Source: Spirulinaceae cyanobacterium SM2_1_0
GTDB lineage: Bacteria; Cyanobacteriota; Cyanobacteriia; Cyanobacteriales; Spirulinaceae
Direction: 5' to 3'
NCBI GenBank assembly: GCA_012031265.1
Contig: JAAUTY010000004.1
Location: forward strand, 3,376 to 35,375
Length of the DNA: 32,000 nt
Position numbers and translations under genes: made by a program. The notes beneath the pieces are model-generated. The model had not been told where the DNA came from. It searched no databases and was given only the letters and a program-made list of their open reading frames with translations. Shown here in pieces: positions 16,065 through 25,897 of this stretch. Positions within the stretch are counted from its first letter, which is position 1; each line of letters starts with the position of its first letter.

Positions 16065-16940
16065 TCAACTGGGTAGCCGCATACTCAGATCCAGCCAGCT
16101 TGAGCGCGTGATCGGCGCACTGGTGGAAATGTAATCGACCCCGGTTACCGCCACCGCGCGAATTGTGGGTAGCGTGATATTCCCCGATGCTTCGATTTTG
16201 ACGTGATCGCCCCGCTGTCGAATTGCTTGTACCGCCTGTTGCATCATCTCTACCGGCATATTGTCCAGCATGATGATTTCGACTCCACAGTCGAGGGCGA
16301 TCGCTACCTCAGTCAAATTGCTCGTCTCGACCTCAATGCTCAGCGGATAGGGAATCTGCGCGCGCACGCGTCGCACCGCTGCGGCAATGCCCCCAGCCGC
16401 CTGGATATGGTTGTCCTTGATCATTGCCGCATCGTCCAAGCCAAAGCGATGATTCTGCGCGCCGCCAACCCGCGTCGCGTATTTTTCCAACAGGCGCAGG
16501 CCGGGCGTTGTTTTGCGTGTATCCACCAACTGCGCCGGTAAGTCGGCAATTTTTTCTGCCAACTGGCGAGTTGCCGTGGCGATACCGCTGAGGCGCATGG
16601 TCAGATTCAGAGCGACACGCTCACCACTGAGTAGGGCGCGGGTATTGGCCTCGAACCGGGCGATCGCCATGCCCGGAGCGACGCGATCGCCCTCCGCCAC
16701 CAGCGCTTCCCAGTGACTCTGGGGATCGAGCCGCTGGAAGACCTGGGCCGCGATCGGCAGACCGGCAATGACTCCCGCTTCCTTCGCCACCCAGACAGCG
16801 GTTGCCGATTCTGAGGTTTGTGGCCAGAGTGCCTGCGCCACGCGATCGCCGCGCCCCAAATCTTCCTGCAACCATTGGTCAAGCCAAGGTTTGATCAAGA
16901 TCCAATCAGGAAGCGGCGGCAGGGGGTTTGGAGTTGACAC
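16065..16940 (-). CDS. nadC: nicotinate-nucleotide pyrophosphorylase (quinolinate phosphoribosyltransferase)
   Basis: WLQEDLGRGDR, ERVALNLTMRLSGIAT, TRKTTPGLRLLEKYATRVGGAQNHRFGLDDAAMIKDNH, IEVE...LDNM. The ORF is open to ATG 17120 but that overlaps purQ by 56 nt. GTG 16938-16940 (or TTG 16965-16967) gives the usual length. Confidence 0.85.
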   Translation of the reverse strand: MSTPNPLPPLPDWILIKPWLDQWLQEDLGRGDRVAQALWPQTSESATAVWVAKEAGVIAGLPIAAQVFQRLDPQSHWEALVAEGDRVAPGMAIARFEANTRALLSGERVALNLTMRLSGIATATRQLAEKIADLPAQLVDTRKTTPGLRLLEKYATRVGGAQNHRFGLDDAAMIKDNHIQAAGGIAAAVRRVRAQIPYPLSIEVETSNLTEVAIALDCGVEIIMLDNMPVEMMQQAVQAIRQRGDHVKIEASGNITLPTIRAVAVTGVDYISTSAPITRSSWLDLSMRLPS

Positions 16941-17064
16941 AGGTAGGCTTGGACACTCAGCAGACAAGGATTTGCGCCCCGATTCTAGCAGTGCGAGCGG
17001 ATGATTCAGAGGGCCATGTTCGCAGACACTACCAATGTTGCGAGCCGCAGTTGAAGGGTGATCG

Positions 17065-17766
17065 CTACACCAGCGCCATCGCTGTCGCTTGTAATAAGCC
17101 GGCAAACAGCCAGCGACCATCCGTCCCGCCCAGCACTGGATCAGCGGCGCGCTCCGGGTGGGGCATCAGCCCTAGCACATTCCCTTGGCGATTGACGAGA
17201 CCGGCGATGTGAGCGAGAGAACCGTTGGGATTATGAGCCGCCGTGAGTTCACCACTGGAGTCGCAGTAGCGCAACAGGATTTGACCCTGAGCCTCGAGCT
17301 GGGCGAGTGTGTCGGCATCGGCCTGGTAGCGACCCTCGCCGTGGGCGATCGGCAGCGTGATCACTTGCCCGGGCTGATAGGCCTGCGTCCAGGGCAAGTC
17401 GGCTCGCTCGACGCGCAGGGGAACGCGATCGCAAATAAAATGCAAGTCCCGATTCCGGGTCAATGCTCCCGGCAGCAATCCCACTTCGGTCAAAATCTGG
17501 AAGCCGTTGCAGACACCTAGCACGAACTTCCCCTGCTGAGCGTGGGCGATGACGCTCTTCAGGACTGGGGAGAAACGGGCGATCGCCCCGCACCGCAGAT
17601 AATCGCCGTAGCTGAAGCCGCCCGGTAGGACGACCACATCCAGATCGTCGAGATCGGTGTCTTGATGCCAAACGAGCCGGGTTGGCTGACCGAGCAGATC
17701 GCGGGTGACGTACACGAGATCGCGATCGCAGTTGGAACCAGGAAAGACGATGACGCCGAACTTCAT
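17065..17766 (-). CDS. purQ: phosphoribosylformylglycinamidine synthase, glutaminase subunit PurQ
   Basis: [16 protein letters not shown], catalytic [16 protein letters not shown]. Confidence 0.93.
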   Translation of the reverse strand: MKFGVIVFPGSNCDRDLVYVTRDLLGQPTRLVWHQDTDLDDLDVVVLPGGFSYGDYLRCGAIARFSPVLKSVIAHAQQGKFVLGVCNGFQILTEVGLLPGALTRNRDLHFICDRVPLRVERADLPWTQAYQPGQVITLPIAHGEGRYQADADTLAQLEAQGQILLRYCDSSGELTAAHNPNGSLAHIAGLVNRQGNVLGLMPHPERAADPVLGGTDGRWLFAGLLQATAMALV

Positions 17767-18028
17767 GCGGTTGAATTCAAGGTGAAGGGTTCAGGGGGTA
17801 CGATCTCGATCCCGCCGCCAAACGGCTGACTGGCATACTGTCCAGCGATATCGGCGCACACGGGTTGAGCCATTAAGCCCGTTCATAATTGCATCTCAAC
17901 TTGACCCCAATGTAGCGCGTCGCGGCCAAAGGTCGGATTCTCACCATCAATCAGCCCGACCTCATTGCTTCGTCGCCCAGTCGGCTAGGATAGGACAGGT
18001 TTTCCGCTTGTCCGACCGTTTGCGCCCC

Positions 18029-18562
18029 ATGTTGATCGCCGAACAGAGTCCCCAACGTCTGACCTTTCAGGATTATCCCAACCAGATCCGTCCCTTTTGG
18101 CCATTGGTGGCCGCGGGCTTTTTGGCGACGGTGGGAGTGAGTCTGGGGGAGGGTTGGCTGCGTGACCAGCCGACCTCGCTCGCGACTCAAGCCGTCTTTG
18201 TGCTGGGGGGCATTAGCGCGTTGTTGCTGTCTGGGCAGGGTTGGGTTCGCAGCCCGACCACCTACACTTTTGATCGCGAACGACAGGCGATCGCCATTCT
18301 CGAGCGCGGCGCAACGTCACGCTATCAGTTCAGTGCCGTGACAGCGCTGTCAGTACGGCTCGCTCCCCAGGGGCGCAGGACAGCCCCTTACCAGGCTGTC
18401 GTCACGCTCGATCCGATCCTCACCGATTTTCCGCCCCAACTCGCGGTCTATGCCTGTCCCCGCCGTCAGTTGGCGATCGCAGCCCGCTCCCAAGCCGATG
18501 CTCGCCAGAAGCTAGCCCTGATCCGGCAATACTTGCAGACCGTTACCCATGAAAACGTTTGA
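18029..18562 (+). CDS. hypothetical membrane protein (two predicted TM segments)
   Basis: ORF 18008..18562. ATG 18029 preferred over TTG 18008. Hydrophobic segments PFWPLVAAGFLATVGVSLG and AVFVLGGISALLLSG. No family recognised. Confidence 0.5.
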   Translation: MLIAEQSPQRLTFQDYPNQIRPFWPLVAAGFLATVGVSLGEGWLRDQPTSLATQAVFVLGGISALLLSGQGWVRSPTTYTFDRERQAIAILERGATSRYQFSAVTALSVRLAPQGRRTAPYQAVVTLDPILTDFPPQLAVYACPRRQLAIAARSQADARQKLALIRQYLQTVTHENV

Positions 18563-18613
18563 GAACGTTTGTTCGCTAGGATAAAAAGTGATCGAGGTGA
18601 GGGGAACAGTCCG

Positions 18614-19777
18614 GTGCTTGAGACGGCGCTGTCAGTCGGCGGTTTGACCGACTACATTAAATCTTTGCTCGAAGATGATCCGCAACTGTACCAGGTCTGG
18701 GTGACCGGTGAAGTCACCAGTGTCAGCGACCACCGCAGCGGTCTGTTCTTCACCCTCAGCGATCCCGACGGCGAGGCGACGATGCGCAGTGTCGTCTGGG
18801 GCAACCTGCGCCAAAAGCTGACCTGTTGGCCGGCACACGGTGAGCAGGTGATCGTCCTGGGTCGGGTGCGGCTGTATGCCAAACGCGGTGAATACCAACT
18901 TGCGGCGGTTCAGATCCTCCCGGCTGGGGAAGGTTTGCGGGCACTGCGCGATCGGCAGTTGCGCGATCGCCTCACGGCCGAGGGCCTCTTTCGCGCCGAG
19001 CGCAAGCGTCCGCTGCCCGCCCAGCCGCGCGTGATCGCCGTGGTGACCTCTCCCACCGCCGCCGCCTGGGGTGACATTCAAAAAACCCTATGCCAGCGTG
19101 CTCCCGGACTGCACGTGCTCCTCTCGCCAGCCGTAGTACAGGGCGACCTCGCGCCGCTGTCGATTGTGCAGGCACTAGCGCGGGTGGAGCAGGATGATCG
19201 CGCCGAGCTGACGATTTTGGCGCGGGGGGGCGGGGCGGTTGAGGATTTAGCCTGCTTCAATGATGAACGGGTGGTCAGGGCGATCGCCGACGCGCGCCGA
19301 CCGGTCATTGCTGGCATTGGTCACGAGCGCGATGCAGTGCTCGCCGACCTGGTTGCCGATGCCAGTACCCATACCCCCACAGCGGCAGCAGAACTTGCTG
19401 TTCCTGACTATGCTCAGCTTGACCGCGAACACAGGCAGCGCCGCAACGCCCTTTTGGTTGCCCTCCAGCGCTCCCTCGATCGCCGAGCACAACATTTAGC
19501 GACCCTGAAACAGCAACTCTGCGTGTTACCTGAGCGAGCGCGGGGCTGGCAGCAGGCACAGGCGCGTTGTCAGGCGCTGCGAGAACGCTTGACGGCGCTT
19601 GATCCCCAGGCGGTGCTGGCGCGGGGCTATGCGATCGCCCGTCAAGCTAATGGCAGGGTGGTACGCGATGGCATGGCGATCGCCCCAGGCAGTGAACTCA
19701 CGCTGCAATTGGCGCAAGGGCGGTTGCGAGTGCAAGTGCTCGCGACGCTGACCGAAGCTGATTCACCCGATGCTTAA
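18614..19777 (+). CDS. xseA: exodeoxyribonuclease VII large subunit
   Basis: OB-fold N-terminus LSVGGLTDYIKSLLEDDPQLYQVWVTGEVTSVSDHRSGLFFTL. Catalytic core VTSPTAAAWGDI...ARGGGAVEDLACFNDERVVRAIA...VIAGIGHERD. GTG 18614 lies behind GAGGTGAGGGG. The ORF is open from TTG 18569. Confidence 0.88.
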   Translation: MLETALSVGGLTDYIKSLLEDDPQLYQVWVTGEVTSVSDHRSGLFFTLSDPDGEATMRSVVWGNLRQKLTCWPAHGEQVIVLGRVRLYAKRGEYQLAAVQILPAGEGLRALRDRQLRDRLTAEGLFRAERKRPLPAQPRVIAVVTSPTAAAWGDIQKTLCQRAPGLHVLLSPAVVQGDLAPLSIVQALARVEQDDRAELTILARGGGAVEDLACFNDERVVRAIADARRPVIAGIGHERDAVLADLVADASTHTPTAAAELAVPDYAQLDREHRQRRNALLVALQRSLDRRAQHLATLKQQLCVLPERARGWQQAQARCQALRERLTALDPQAVLARGYAIARQANGRVVRDGMAIAPGSELTLQLAQGRLRVQVLATLTEADSPDA

Positions 19778-20363
19778 GTCCGCAAAGGTCATCCCCAGCG
19801 CGACCCCCCCTTTTTTTGGACTCGGGATGGCTCTTGCAAACTGCCATCAGACGAGGCGTGCTCTTCAACAAGCACTGACTGTATGTAACGCATCTGGTAC
19901 TAGTAAAGGTGCTACACTCAGCAAGAGTTGGTGTTTTTATAGAGCACCCTCAGTTTTTTGGTCAGATGCAAGGCAGGCTGAAACGGCGGCAATGCAGGCT
20001 GAGTAAAAAACAAAGACGGTCTAGGAGTGACGTGAAACAGGGCCTGACAGGTAGCAATGTGGCGAGTGGTCAAGTCATTCGCAATCAGGGCATAGCCCTC
20101 ATCCGTACCCCAAGGCTTGGGGGAATAGAAACTGTCTGTGCAGGCGATCGGGCGGGGATTGGGGGAACTCAATCTAGCCAAGTGCCGAAATCCCGAACGG
20201 GAAGAATCAGAAAATCGCAAGCGTGATCTTGGGAGTCCTGTGCTGTACCCGTGGGGCTAGCATCGGGAGGATGTCAATAGTTTTATTCTGGCTAGCACGC
20301 TGAATGAATTTGCTGGTGAATTTGCTTTTTCCAAAAACTCGCAATGCAGCGGGTCTGCCACCA

Positions 20364-21143
20364 ATGCGGCGATCGCGCCGAGGCATTGAGATCAAGTCCG
20401 AGGCGGAAGTGGCGCTCATGCGGCGCTCATCTTGGATCGTGGCGACGGTGCTGCACGAGATTGCCGAGCGGGTGCAGCCCGGGATGACGACTGCCGATCT
20501 AGATGCCTACGCAGAGGCGCGCATTCGCGAGTTGGGGGCGACACCGAGCTTCAAGGGCTATCACGGTTTTCCGGGTTCGATCTGCGCCTGCCTTAATGAC
20601 CAAGTCGTCCACGGCATTCCCAGCCCGAAGACGGTGATCCGAGCCGGTGACTTGCTGAAAGTGGATACGGGCGCTTATCAGCAGGGCTATCATGGCGATT
20701 CTTGCATCACGATCGCGGTCGGCGAGGTCTCGCCAGATGCAGCGCGACTGCTGCAAGTGGCGGAGACAGCGCTGTATCGGGGCATCGCACAGGTAAAGGC
20801 GGGCAATAAGCTGCTGGATATTGCCGGGGCGATCGAGGATTATGTCAAGGCGCACGGCTACAGTGTTGTAGAGAACTATACCGGGCACGGGGTTGGGCGC
20901 AATCTCCACGAAGCGCCAGCGGTGTTCCATTTCCGCACGAACGAGTTGCCGAATGTGACGCTGAAGCCGGGGATGACCCTGGCGATCGAGCCGATCGTGA
21001 ATGCGGGGTCGCGGGTGACGCGGGTGCTGCGCGATCGCTGGACAGTGGTGACCGCTGATCGCAAGCTCTCGGCCCAGTTCGAGCACACGGTGCTGGTAAC
21101 CAGCGATGGCTACGAGATTCTCACTGATCGGCGCGGCTTGTGA
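20364..21143 (+). CDS. map: type I methionine aminopeptidase
   Basis: [50 protein letters not shown] 20364 ([12 protein letters not shown]...) preferred over ATG 20304. Confidence 0.9.
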   Translation: MRRSRRGIEIKSEAEVALMRRSSWIVATVLHEIAERVQPGMTTADLDAYAEARIRELGATPSFKGYHGFPGSICACLNDQVVHGIPSPKTVIRAGDLLKVDTGAYQQGYHGDSCITIAVGEVSPDAARLLQVAETALYRGIAQVKAGNKLLDIAGAIEDYVKAHGYSVVENYTGHGVGRNLHEAPAVFHFRTNELPNVTLKPGMTLAIEPIVNAGSRVTRVLRDRWTVVTADRKLSAQFEHTVLVTSDGYEILTDRRGL

Positions 21144-21161
21144 CGGGGGCGGGGTGAGCAT

Positions 21162-22169
21162 TTGTTGAGCGGTGCGGGGGTGAATCTGGCTGACCCCTTT
21201 GCAGGTCTCGTGGGGCAGGAGTCGGCGATCGCGCTGCTACGAGCAGCGATCGCCCAGGATCGTCTGGCTCCGGCCTATCTCTTTGTCGGCGCGGCGGGCA
21301 TCGGTCGCGAGCGGGCGGCGTTGGGATTTTGTGAACTGATTCTGCGGCAGGGAGGTGCGTTAGAGCGACTCGCACGCTTGGGGGCACAGGTGCGCGATCG
21401 CAACCACCCCGATCTGCTCTGGGTGGAACCAACCTATCAGCACAAAGGACAACTGCTCAGTGCCAGCGAGGCGGTAGCCAGCGGCGTGCAGCGGCGCAGT
21501 CTGCCAAAAATCCGCATCGAACAGGTACGGGCGATCGCTCAGTTCGTCGCCCGGCCACCCCTAGCGGCGGCGCGGTCGGTGGTGGTGGTAACGGGCGCAG
21601 AGCTGATGGCCGAGAGTCCCGCCAATGCGCTGTTGAAAACGCTGGAAGAACCGGGGCGCGCCATCCTGATTCTGATCGCACCGAGCGCGGACGTGCTGCT
21701 GCCGACGCTAGTTTCGCGCTGCCAGCGCGTGCCCTTCCACAGCCTTGGTCGTGAGGATTTGGCGCGGGTCTTACAGCAGGTCGGGCGGGCAGAGCTGCTG
21801 GAGCAGCCGACGGTGCTGGCGCTGGCGCAGGGCAGTCCTGGCGCGGCCCTGGCGGCGGCGGCGCAGTTGGAAGTGATTGACGCCGAAGTTCTAGCACAAC
21901 TGCGGTCGCCGCCCTCTGTTCCTTTAGCGGCCCTGCATCTGGCAAAACAGGTGGCGCAGGCGCTGGATGTAGCGGCTCAGGTTTGGTTGCTGGACTATCT
22001 CCAGCATCAATATTGGCAAGATTTTCTCCAAGCGGGCTGGGTGCGATCGCCTTTGCCACTGCTAGACCGTGCCCGTGACCAACTGCTGCACTATGTTCAG
22101 CCCCGCCTGGTCTGGGAATGTCTGCTGCTGGCGCTGCGCGACTGCCGAGCAGGGTCAGTGGCGCAATAA
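21162..22169 (+). CDS. holB: DNA polymerase III delta-prime subunit
   Basis: PAYLFVGAAGIGRE, ANALLKTLEEPG, LPTLVSRCQRVPF. The start is TTG 21162 or GTG 21180. Confidence 0.85.
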   Translation: MLSGAGVNLADPFAGLVGQESAIALLRAAIAQDRLAPAYLFVGAAGIGRERAALGFCELILRQGGALERLARLGAQVRDRNHPDLLWVEPTYQHKGQLLSASEAVASGVQRRSLPKIRIEQVRAIAQFVARPPLAAARSVVVVTGAELMAESPANALLKTLEEPGRAILILIAPSADVLLPTLVSRCQRVPFHSLGREDLARVLQQVGRAELLEQPTVLALAQGSPGAALAAAAQLEVIDAEVLAQLRSPPSVPLAALHLAKQVAQALDVAAQVWLLDYLQHQYWQDFLQAGWVRSPLPLLDRARDQLLHYVQPRLVWECLLLALRDCRAGSVAQ

Positions 22170-22212
22170 GCTATCCTATAATCGCACTGGCAGAGAAGCG
22201 ATAGCGCCGCTT

Positions 22213-23043
22213 ATGTACCCTATTTTTTTGGAGCCGCTCTGCCTTGAACGGGTAACGGTTCAGATCGCAGATTTACCCCCATCCCTCCAGGGCACGAAGG
22301 TCGTGCAGTTGTCCGATCTACACTACGACGGACAGCGGCTTAGTGAGCGGCTATTGGCTGAGGCGGTCGAGGTTTGCAACCAGGAAGAACCTGACCTGAT
22401 TGTGCTCACAGGTGACTATGTGACCGATGATCCGGAGCCGATGCGTGACTTGGTGCTGCGCCTGAAGCCGTTGCAGGCGCGAGCCGGGATCTTCGCCTCG
22501 CTGGGCAATCATGATCTCTACTTTCGGCGATCGCGCCAAATCGTGACCGAGGCGCTGACGGGCATTGGCATTGAAGTCTTGTGGAATGCGATCGCCTATC
22601 CCCTCGGCCCCGATCTTGCTGTGGTGGGGCTAGCCGATTTTTGGTCGCGCGAATTTCATCCCGGCCCAGTCTTCGCCCAGATTCCGCCCCAGATTCCGCG
22701 CCTCATCCTCTCGCACAATCCCGACACGGCGGAGACACTGCAACAGTGGCGTGCGGACTTGCAGCTTTCTGGGCATACGCACGGCGGTCAAATCAGCTTG
22801 CCCGACGGCACGCCGTTTCCACAGCTCCTTGAACCCCTACGTCAGGCAACGCCAAAATCCATGCACCGCTACATCCCGCTGTTGCGGGAATGTGCGAAGG
22901 TGGTCAAGCATTGGGAATGGGCGCGCGGCTACCATCGCCTCGGCGACAATCAGCTTTATATCAATCGCGGCCTCGGTACCTATTTCCCTGGTCGCATTGG
23001 CTGTCCGCCTGAGGTCACGGCAGTCACCCTGATCCGGGCTTGA
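22213..23043 (+). CDS. calcineurin-like metallophosphoesterase
   Basis: Motifs LSDLHYDG, LTGDYV, LGNHD, LSHNPD, GHTHGGQI. ATG 22213 follows the holB stop, whereas the longer ORF from 22069 overlaps holB by 100 nt. Confidence 0.85.
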   Translation: MYPIFLEPLCLERVTVQIADLPPSLQGTKVVQLSDLHYDGQRLSERLLAEAVEVCNQEEPDLIVLTGDYVTDDPEPMRDLVLRLKPLQARAGIFASLGNHDLYFRRSRQIVTEALTGIGIEVLWNAIAYPLGPDLAVVGLADFWSREFHPGPVFAQIPPQIPRLILSHNPDTAETLQQWRADLQLSGHTHGGQISLPDGTPFPQLLEPLRQATPKSMHRYIPLLRECAKVVKHWEWARGYHRLGDNQLYINRGLGTYFPGRIGCPPEVTAVTLIRA

Positions 23044-23208
23044 GGAGCTGTGAGCAGCTTGAGCGCCTAGGGAAACGAGGCGAGCGGGAGCTGACTGCCG
23101 ATGATCAGGTTTGAAATCTGATCGCGGCGCTGAGGGTGATCCCAGCCTGCTGGCGACGCGCCCAGTATCATAAGTGAATACCGAATTGAGCATCCTACCG
23201 CTGCCCGC

Positions 23209-23715
23209 ATGACCTCCCCCATGCTTTTACCACCCCTCAGCGCGAGCCAGCCGCTGCCCTGCCCCCTGTGTGGGAGTCCTACCCTGGCGGAACTGCCGCT
23301 CATGGAAGCGGCCAGTTGTCGCACCTGCGAGCATATTTTCACCCCGACGTGCGATCGCACAGCCCTCGAACTCGCCGACGCCGAAGTCCCGTTGACCTGG
23401 GTTTGGTGCCGTGGTCGCTGGCAGCGACAGTGGCGCGGACTGCCTGCCGTCACTTGGCTCTATCTGCCCTTAGCGCTGGGTTTCGTCAGCCTCCCGACGA
23501 GTATTGTGGCGGCTGGGGCCTACTGGTTTCCGCCGCTGCCGGGCAGTGCCCTGGCTTGGCTCCCCCAGGTTTGGATCGGACTGACCGCGATCGCCCACCT
23601 CGCTTGTGTTCTCTGGTTGTGTCTGGAAGCGTACCAGTTTCCACTTTGGCTCTACCTGGAAGCCCTGAGCCGACGCTGGCGTCGGCAGTGGCGGTACTTT
23701 CGCACCGCGCCCTGA
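23209..23715 (+). CDS. hypothetical protein with N-terminal CxxC...CxxC zinc-ribbon-like motif and TM segments
   Basis: CPLCGSPTLAELPLMEAASCRTCEHIF, then hydrophobic segments (WLYLPLALGFVSLPTSIVAAGAYWF, WIGLTAIAHLACVLWLCL). The competing frame 23268..23759 is Arg/Pro-rich and rejected. Confidence 0.5.
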   Translation: MTSPMLLPPLSASQPLPCPLCGSPTLAELPLMEAASCRTCEHIFTPTCDRTALELADAEVPLTWVWCRGRWQRQWRGLPAVTWLYLPLALGFVSLPTSIVAAGAYWFPPLPGSALAWLPQVWIGLTAIAHLACVLWLCLEAYQFPLWLYLEALSRRWRRQWRYFRTAP

Positions 23716-23812
23716 GAGTCACTTCCGGGAGTTCCACAACCCGTCCCCCGACTCTGTGACTATTGAGTACAGTGAAATCACAGGAGAATTTTGTCGGGGG
23801 ACTGTAATCATC

Positions 23813-24931
23813 ATGCGCCAATTGCGTAACGGGTCGCGATCACTTGGAATCGCTTGCTTAGTCGGCTTGCTGGCGACCGCTTGTACGTCTGGCTCACCGT
23901 CGAGTCAAGAGGCGACCTCGACCGCCCCCAGCGGCAACGAGGAAACGGTCATTGCGTCCCCTGATCCGGCTAGTGATGCCGCTCCAGGTCAAGCACAAGC
24001 GCCGCTGTCTAACCCGTCTGACTCTGCTCAGACTCAACGGGTTAAAGTCTTTTTTCCGAAGCAACCCCAAGCGGCACAGCAGCCGCAGTATGTCGAGCCA
24101 GTCTGGCGGCGTACTCAGGATGTCGGCGTGGCACAGTTTGCGATCGCCCAGTTGCTGGCGGGGCCTAGCGAGAGCGAAGCACAACTCGGTTTGGAGCCAG
24201 TGCTGGCACTGACAGGCGACTCGAACTGTGACGGCGAGGATTTTCAGATCGCGATCACCGCCCGCGTGGCCGAGTTGCAGTTTTGCCGCCAACTCGTAGC
24301 CCGTGATGCCGTGGATATGACCCGCTTGACGAGTGCAGTGGCGGCGACGCTGACCCAGTTTCCCACTGTAGATCGGGCGAATGTGCGCGATCGCCAAGGT
24401 AAATGCCTCAGCCCCGCAGGCTGTGCGGCACCAGCCGCCGCCGCTAAGCAGAATGCGCCAGTCGGCCTCACGAGCAATGCGCGTCTGACCCTGACGAGCC
24501 TGGGGCCGGTCGAAGTCGGCATGACGCCAACCGCCGCTGCCGCCGCTGCGAATCTTCGTCTGGTGCAAGAGGCGAGTGGCGGTGAGGAATATGGGTGTCT
24601 CTACTTCATGCCGGCGAACGGGCCAGAAGGAGTTTCGTTCATGGTCATCGACGGCAAGATTGCCCGCATTGACATTGACTCGGAGCAGATCGCAACCCTG
24701 AGCGGTATTCGTATTGGGGATTCGGAAGCCAAGGTGCGTGAGGCCTATGGCGATCGCCTCGAGTCGCAACAGCATGAGTACGTGCCCGAGGGCGAGTACC
24801 TGATCTTCGTCCCCACGGACGCCGCCAGTCAGGACTATCGCGTTGTCTTTGAAACGGACGCGGCAGGAACGGTGACACGAATGCGGAATGGTCTGGCCGG
24901 TGCGGCGCTGGCGGTGGAAGGCTGTGTTTAA
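23813..24931 (+). CDS. putative lipoprotein with GerMN-like domain
   Basis: Signal peptide with lipobox MRQLRNGSRSLGIACLVGLLATAC. VKVFFPK...VGVAQFAIAQLLAGPSESE resembles GerMN-type domains. ATG 23813 chosen over the ORF start at 23756. Confidence 0.65.
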   Translation: MRQLRNGSRSLGIACLVGLLATACTSGSPSSQEATSTAPSGNEETVIASPDPASDAAPGQAQAPLSNPSDSAQTQRVKVFFPKQPQAAQQPQYVEPVWRRTQDVGVAQFAIAQLLAGPSESEAQLGLEPVLALTGDSNCDGEDFQIAITARVAELQFCRQLVARDAVDMTRLTSAVAATLTQFPTVDRANVRDRQGKCLSPAGCAAPAAAAKQNAPVGLTSNARLTLTSLGPVEVGMTPTAAAAAANLRLVQEASGGEEYGCLYFMPANGPEGVSFMVIDGKIARIDIDSEQIATLSGIRIGDSEAKVREAYGDRLESQQHEYVPEGEYLIFVPTDAASQDYRVVFETDAAGTVTRMRNGLAGAALAVEGCV

Positions 24932-24989
24932 ATCTCTGACCAGTGAACCGAGGCGCGCAGCCAAGCTGGCTCAGCCGCGATAGAAATTG

Positions 24990-25019
24990 GGTGACTGCTA
25001 AGACGGTGGTCACCTTTTT
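24990..25019 (+). terminator. putative rho-independent terminator after the lipoprotein gene
   Basis: GGTGAC (24990-24995) pairs with GTCACC (25009-25014) and is followed by TTTTT (25015-25019). Confidence 0.45.
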
Positions 25020-25137
25020 AGACCCATCGTTCGTCATCGCTCCACTGGTCTACCGCACACAGGAAGGCTCCTAAACTTAGCCAATTCAGGAGCCGATCAT
25101 TGCGTTCTTTATGGAGAAAGTGAGGTAACGAGAGTGA

Positions 25138-25165
25138 GGCGCTACTGTCGTCAGACAGTAGCGCC
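25138..25165. other. perfect 12-bp-stem hairpin GGCGCTACTGTC-GTCA-GACAGTAGCGCC
   Basis: Read directly. Lies 13 nt below the stop of the minus-strand PEP-CTERM gene. No U-tract on either strand, so it may be a stabiliser or a non-canonical terminator. Confidence 0.5.
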
Positions 25166-25177
25166 AAACCCTAAGTC

Positions 25178-25897
25178 CTACTTGGACAGGACGTTGCCGC
25201 GCTTGCGGAGGGTCATCGCACCCGCCGCGAGGACAGCACCGAGACCGAGCAGCGTCGAAGGCTCGGGCACGGACTCAGTGATGATCTCATCGTACTCATA
25301 GGTCACCGTGATGCCAGCGCTGGCGAGGGTGCTGATTTGCGAGGCGATGTTGCCTGCGCCCGTGACTTGCGAGTTGGCGATCGCCGAGAACAGGAAACTC
25401 AGGTCACCATTGCCGGTGAAGAAACTCAGCAACGCCGCATCGGTGTAAACCTGTTCGCCGTCGGTGGACGCTTCCAGGCCCATGAAGCTCGCGCCCGAAG
25501 TACCAGCAAAGTCGATCACGCCATCAAAAGCGCTGACGTCCGCAGAGTCTGCCGAGGTGACTTCGACATCGAAGAGCGGGTTCGGTAGGGTATCGCTGCC
25601 ATCCAGCAGGGTCAGCGAGCCGCCGACATTGAAGGTGACGGTAGTGGCTTGGCTATCCAAGCTCTCGATCCGAGCATCACCCTGAACCAAACCGGTGAAG
25701 GCGAGCGTCACCTGCGTCAGCGTACCCAGGCTCGAGTCGAACTGCTGCACCGACAGAACCTCGTCGATGATGTCAGTGGTGCTCAGCGCCAGCGAGTCCG
25801 AGAACGAGATTGTGGCGGCTTGAGCGGTTCCAGCGAGAACTAAGGCGCTGGTCATTGCGGCGGCGGTAGTGAAACCAGCAAATAGACGTGAATTCAT
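25178..25897 (-). CDS. PEP-CTERM sorting-domain secreted protein
   Basis: N-terminal signal peptide MNSRLFAGFTTAAAMTSALVLAGTAQA. C-terminal VPEPSTLLGLGAVLAAGAMTLRKRG (PEP motif, TM helix, basic tail). Ser/Thr/Gly/Asp-rich beta-type body. Confidence 0.85.
   Translation of the reverse strand: MNSRLFAGFTTAAAMTSALVLAGTAQAATISFSDSLALSTTDIIDEVLSVQQFDSSLGTLTQVTLAFTGLVQGDARIESLDSQATTVTFNVGGSLTLLDGSDTLPNPLFDVEVTSADSADVSAFDGVIDFAGTSGASFMGLEASTDGEQVYTDAALLSFFTGNGDLSFLFSAIANSQVTGAGNIASQISTLASAGITVTYEYDEIITESVPEPSTLLGLGAVLAAGAMTLRKRGNVLSK

Noticed and set aside
16941-17120. Longer start for nadC at ATG 17120
   Set aside because: It would overlap the purQ 3' end by 56 nt and add about 60 non-conserved residues ahead of the usual NadC N-terminus. 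GTG 16940 or TTG 16967 fits better, but the true start is not proven.
19770-20006. 78-aa plus-strand ORF directly after xseA as a candidate xseB
   Set aside because: The sequence (MLKSAKVIPSATPPFFGLGMALANCHQTRRAL...) lacks the helical XseB pattern (..FEEAL.ELE.IV..LE.G...LE.....).. It also overlaps the xseA stop region in another frame.
20499-22059. Long minus-strand ORFs 20499-21161 (220 aa) and 21457-22059 (200 aa)
   Set aside because: They are antisense to map and holB, both of which carry unambiguous family motifs. The antisense products are Arg/Pro/Ala-rich low-complexity sequences.
22069-22212. Longer start for the metallophosphoesterase, overlapping holB by 100 nt
   Set aside because: The extension (MPVTNCCTMFSPAWSGNVCCWRCATAEQ...) is Cys/Trp-rich nonsense in an alternative frame of holB. 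ATG 22213 follows the holB stop and precedes the first conserved motif.
23894-24964. 356-aa ORF on the minus strand
   Set aside because: It is entirely antisense to the better-supported lipoprotein gene (23813-24931). Composition is Arg/Gly/His-rich with no recognisable motifs. This is typical of the stop-poor antisense frame in GC-rich DNA.
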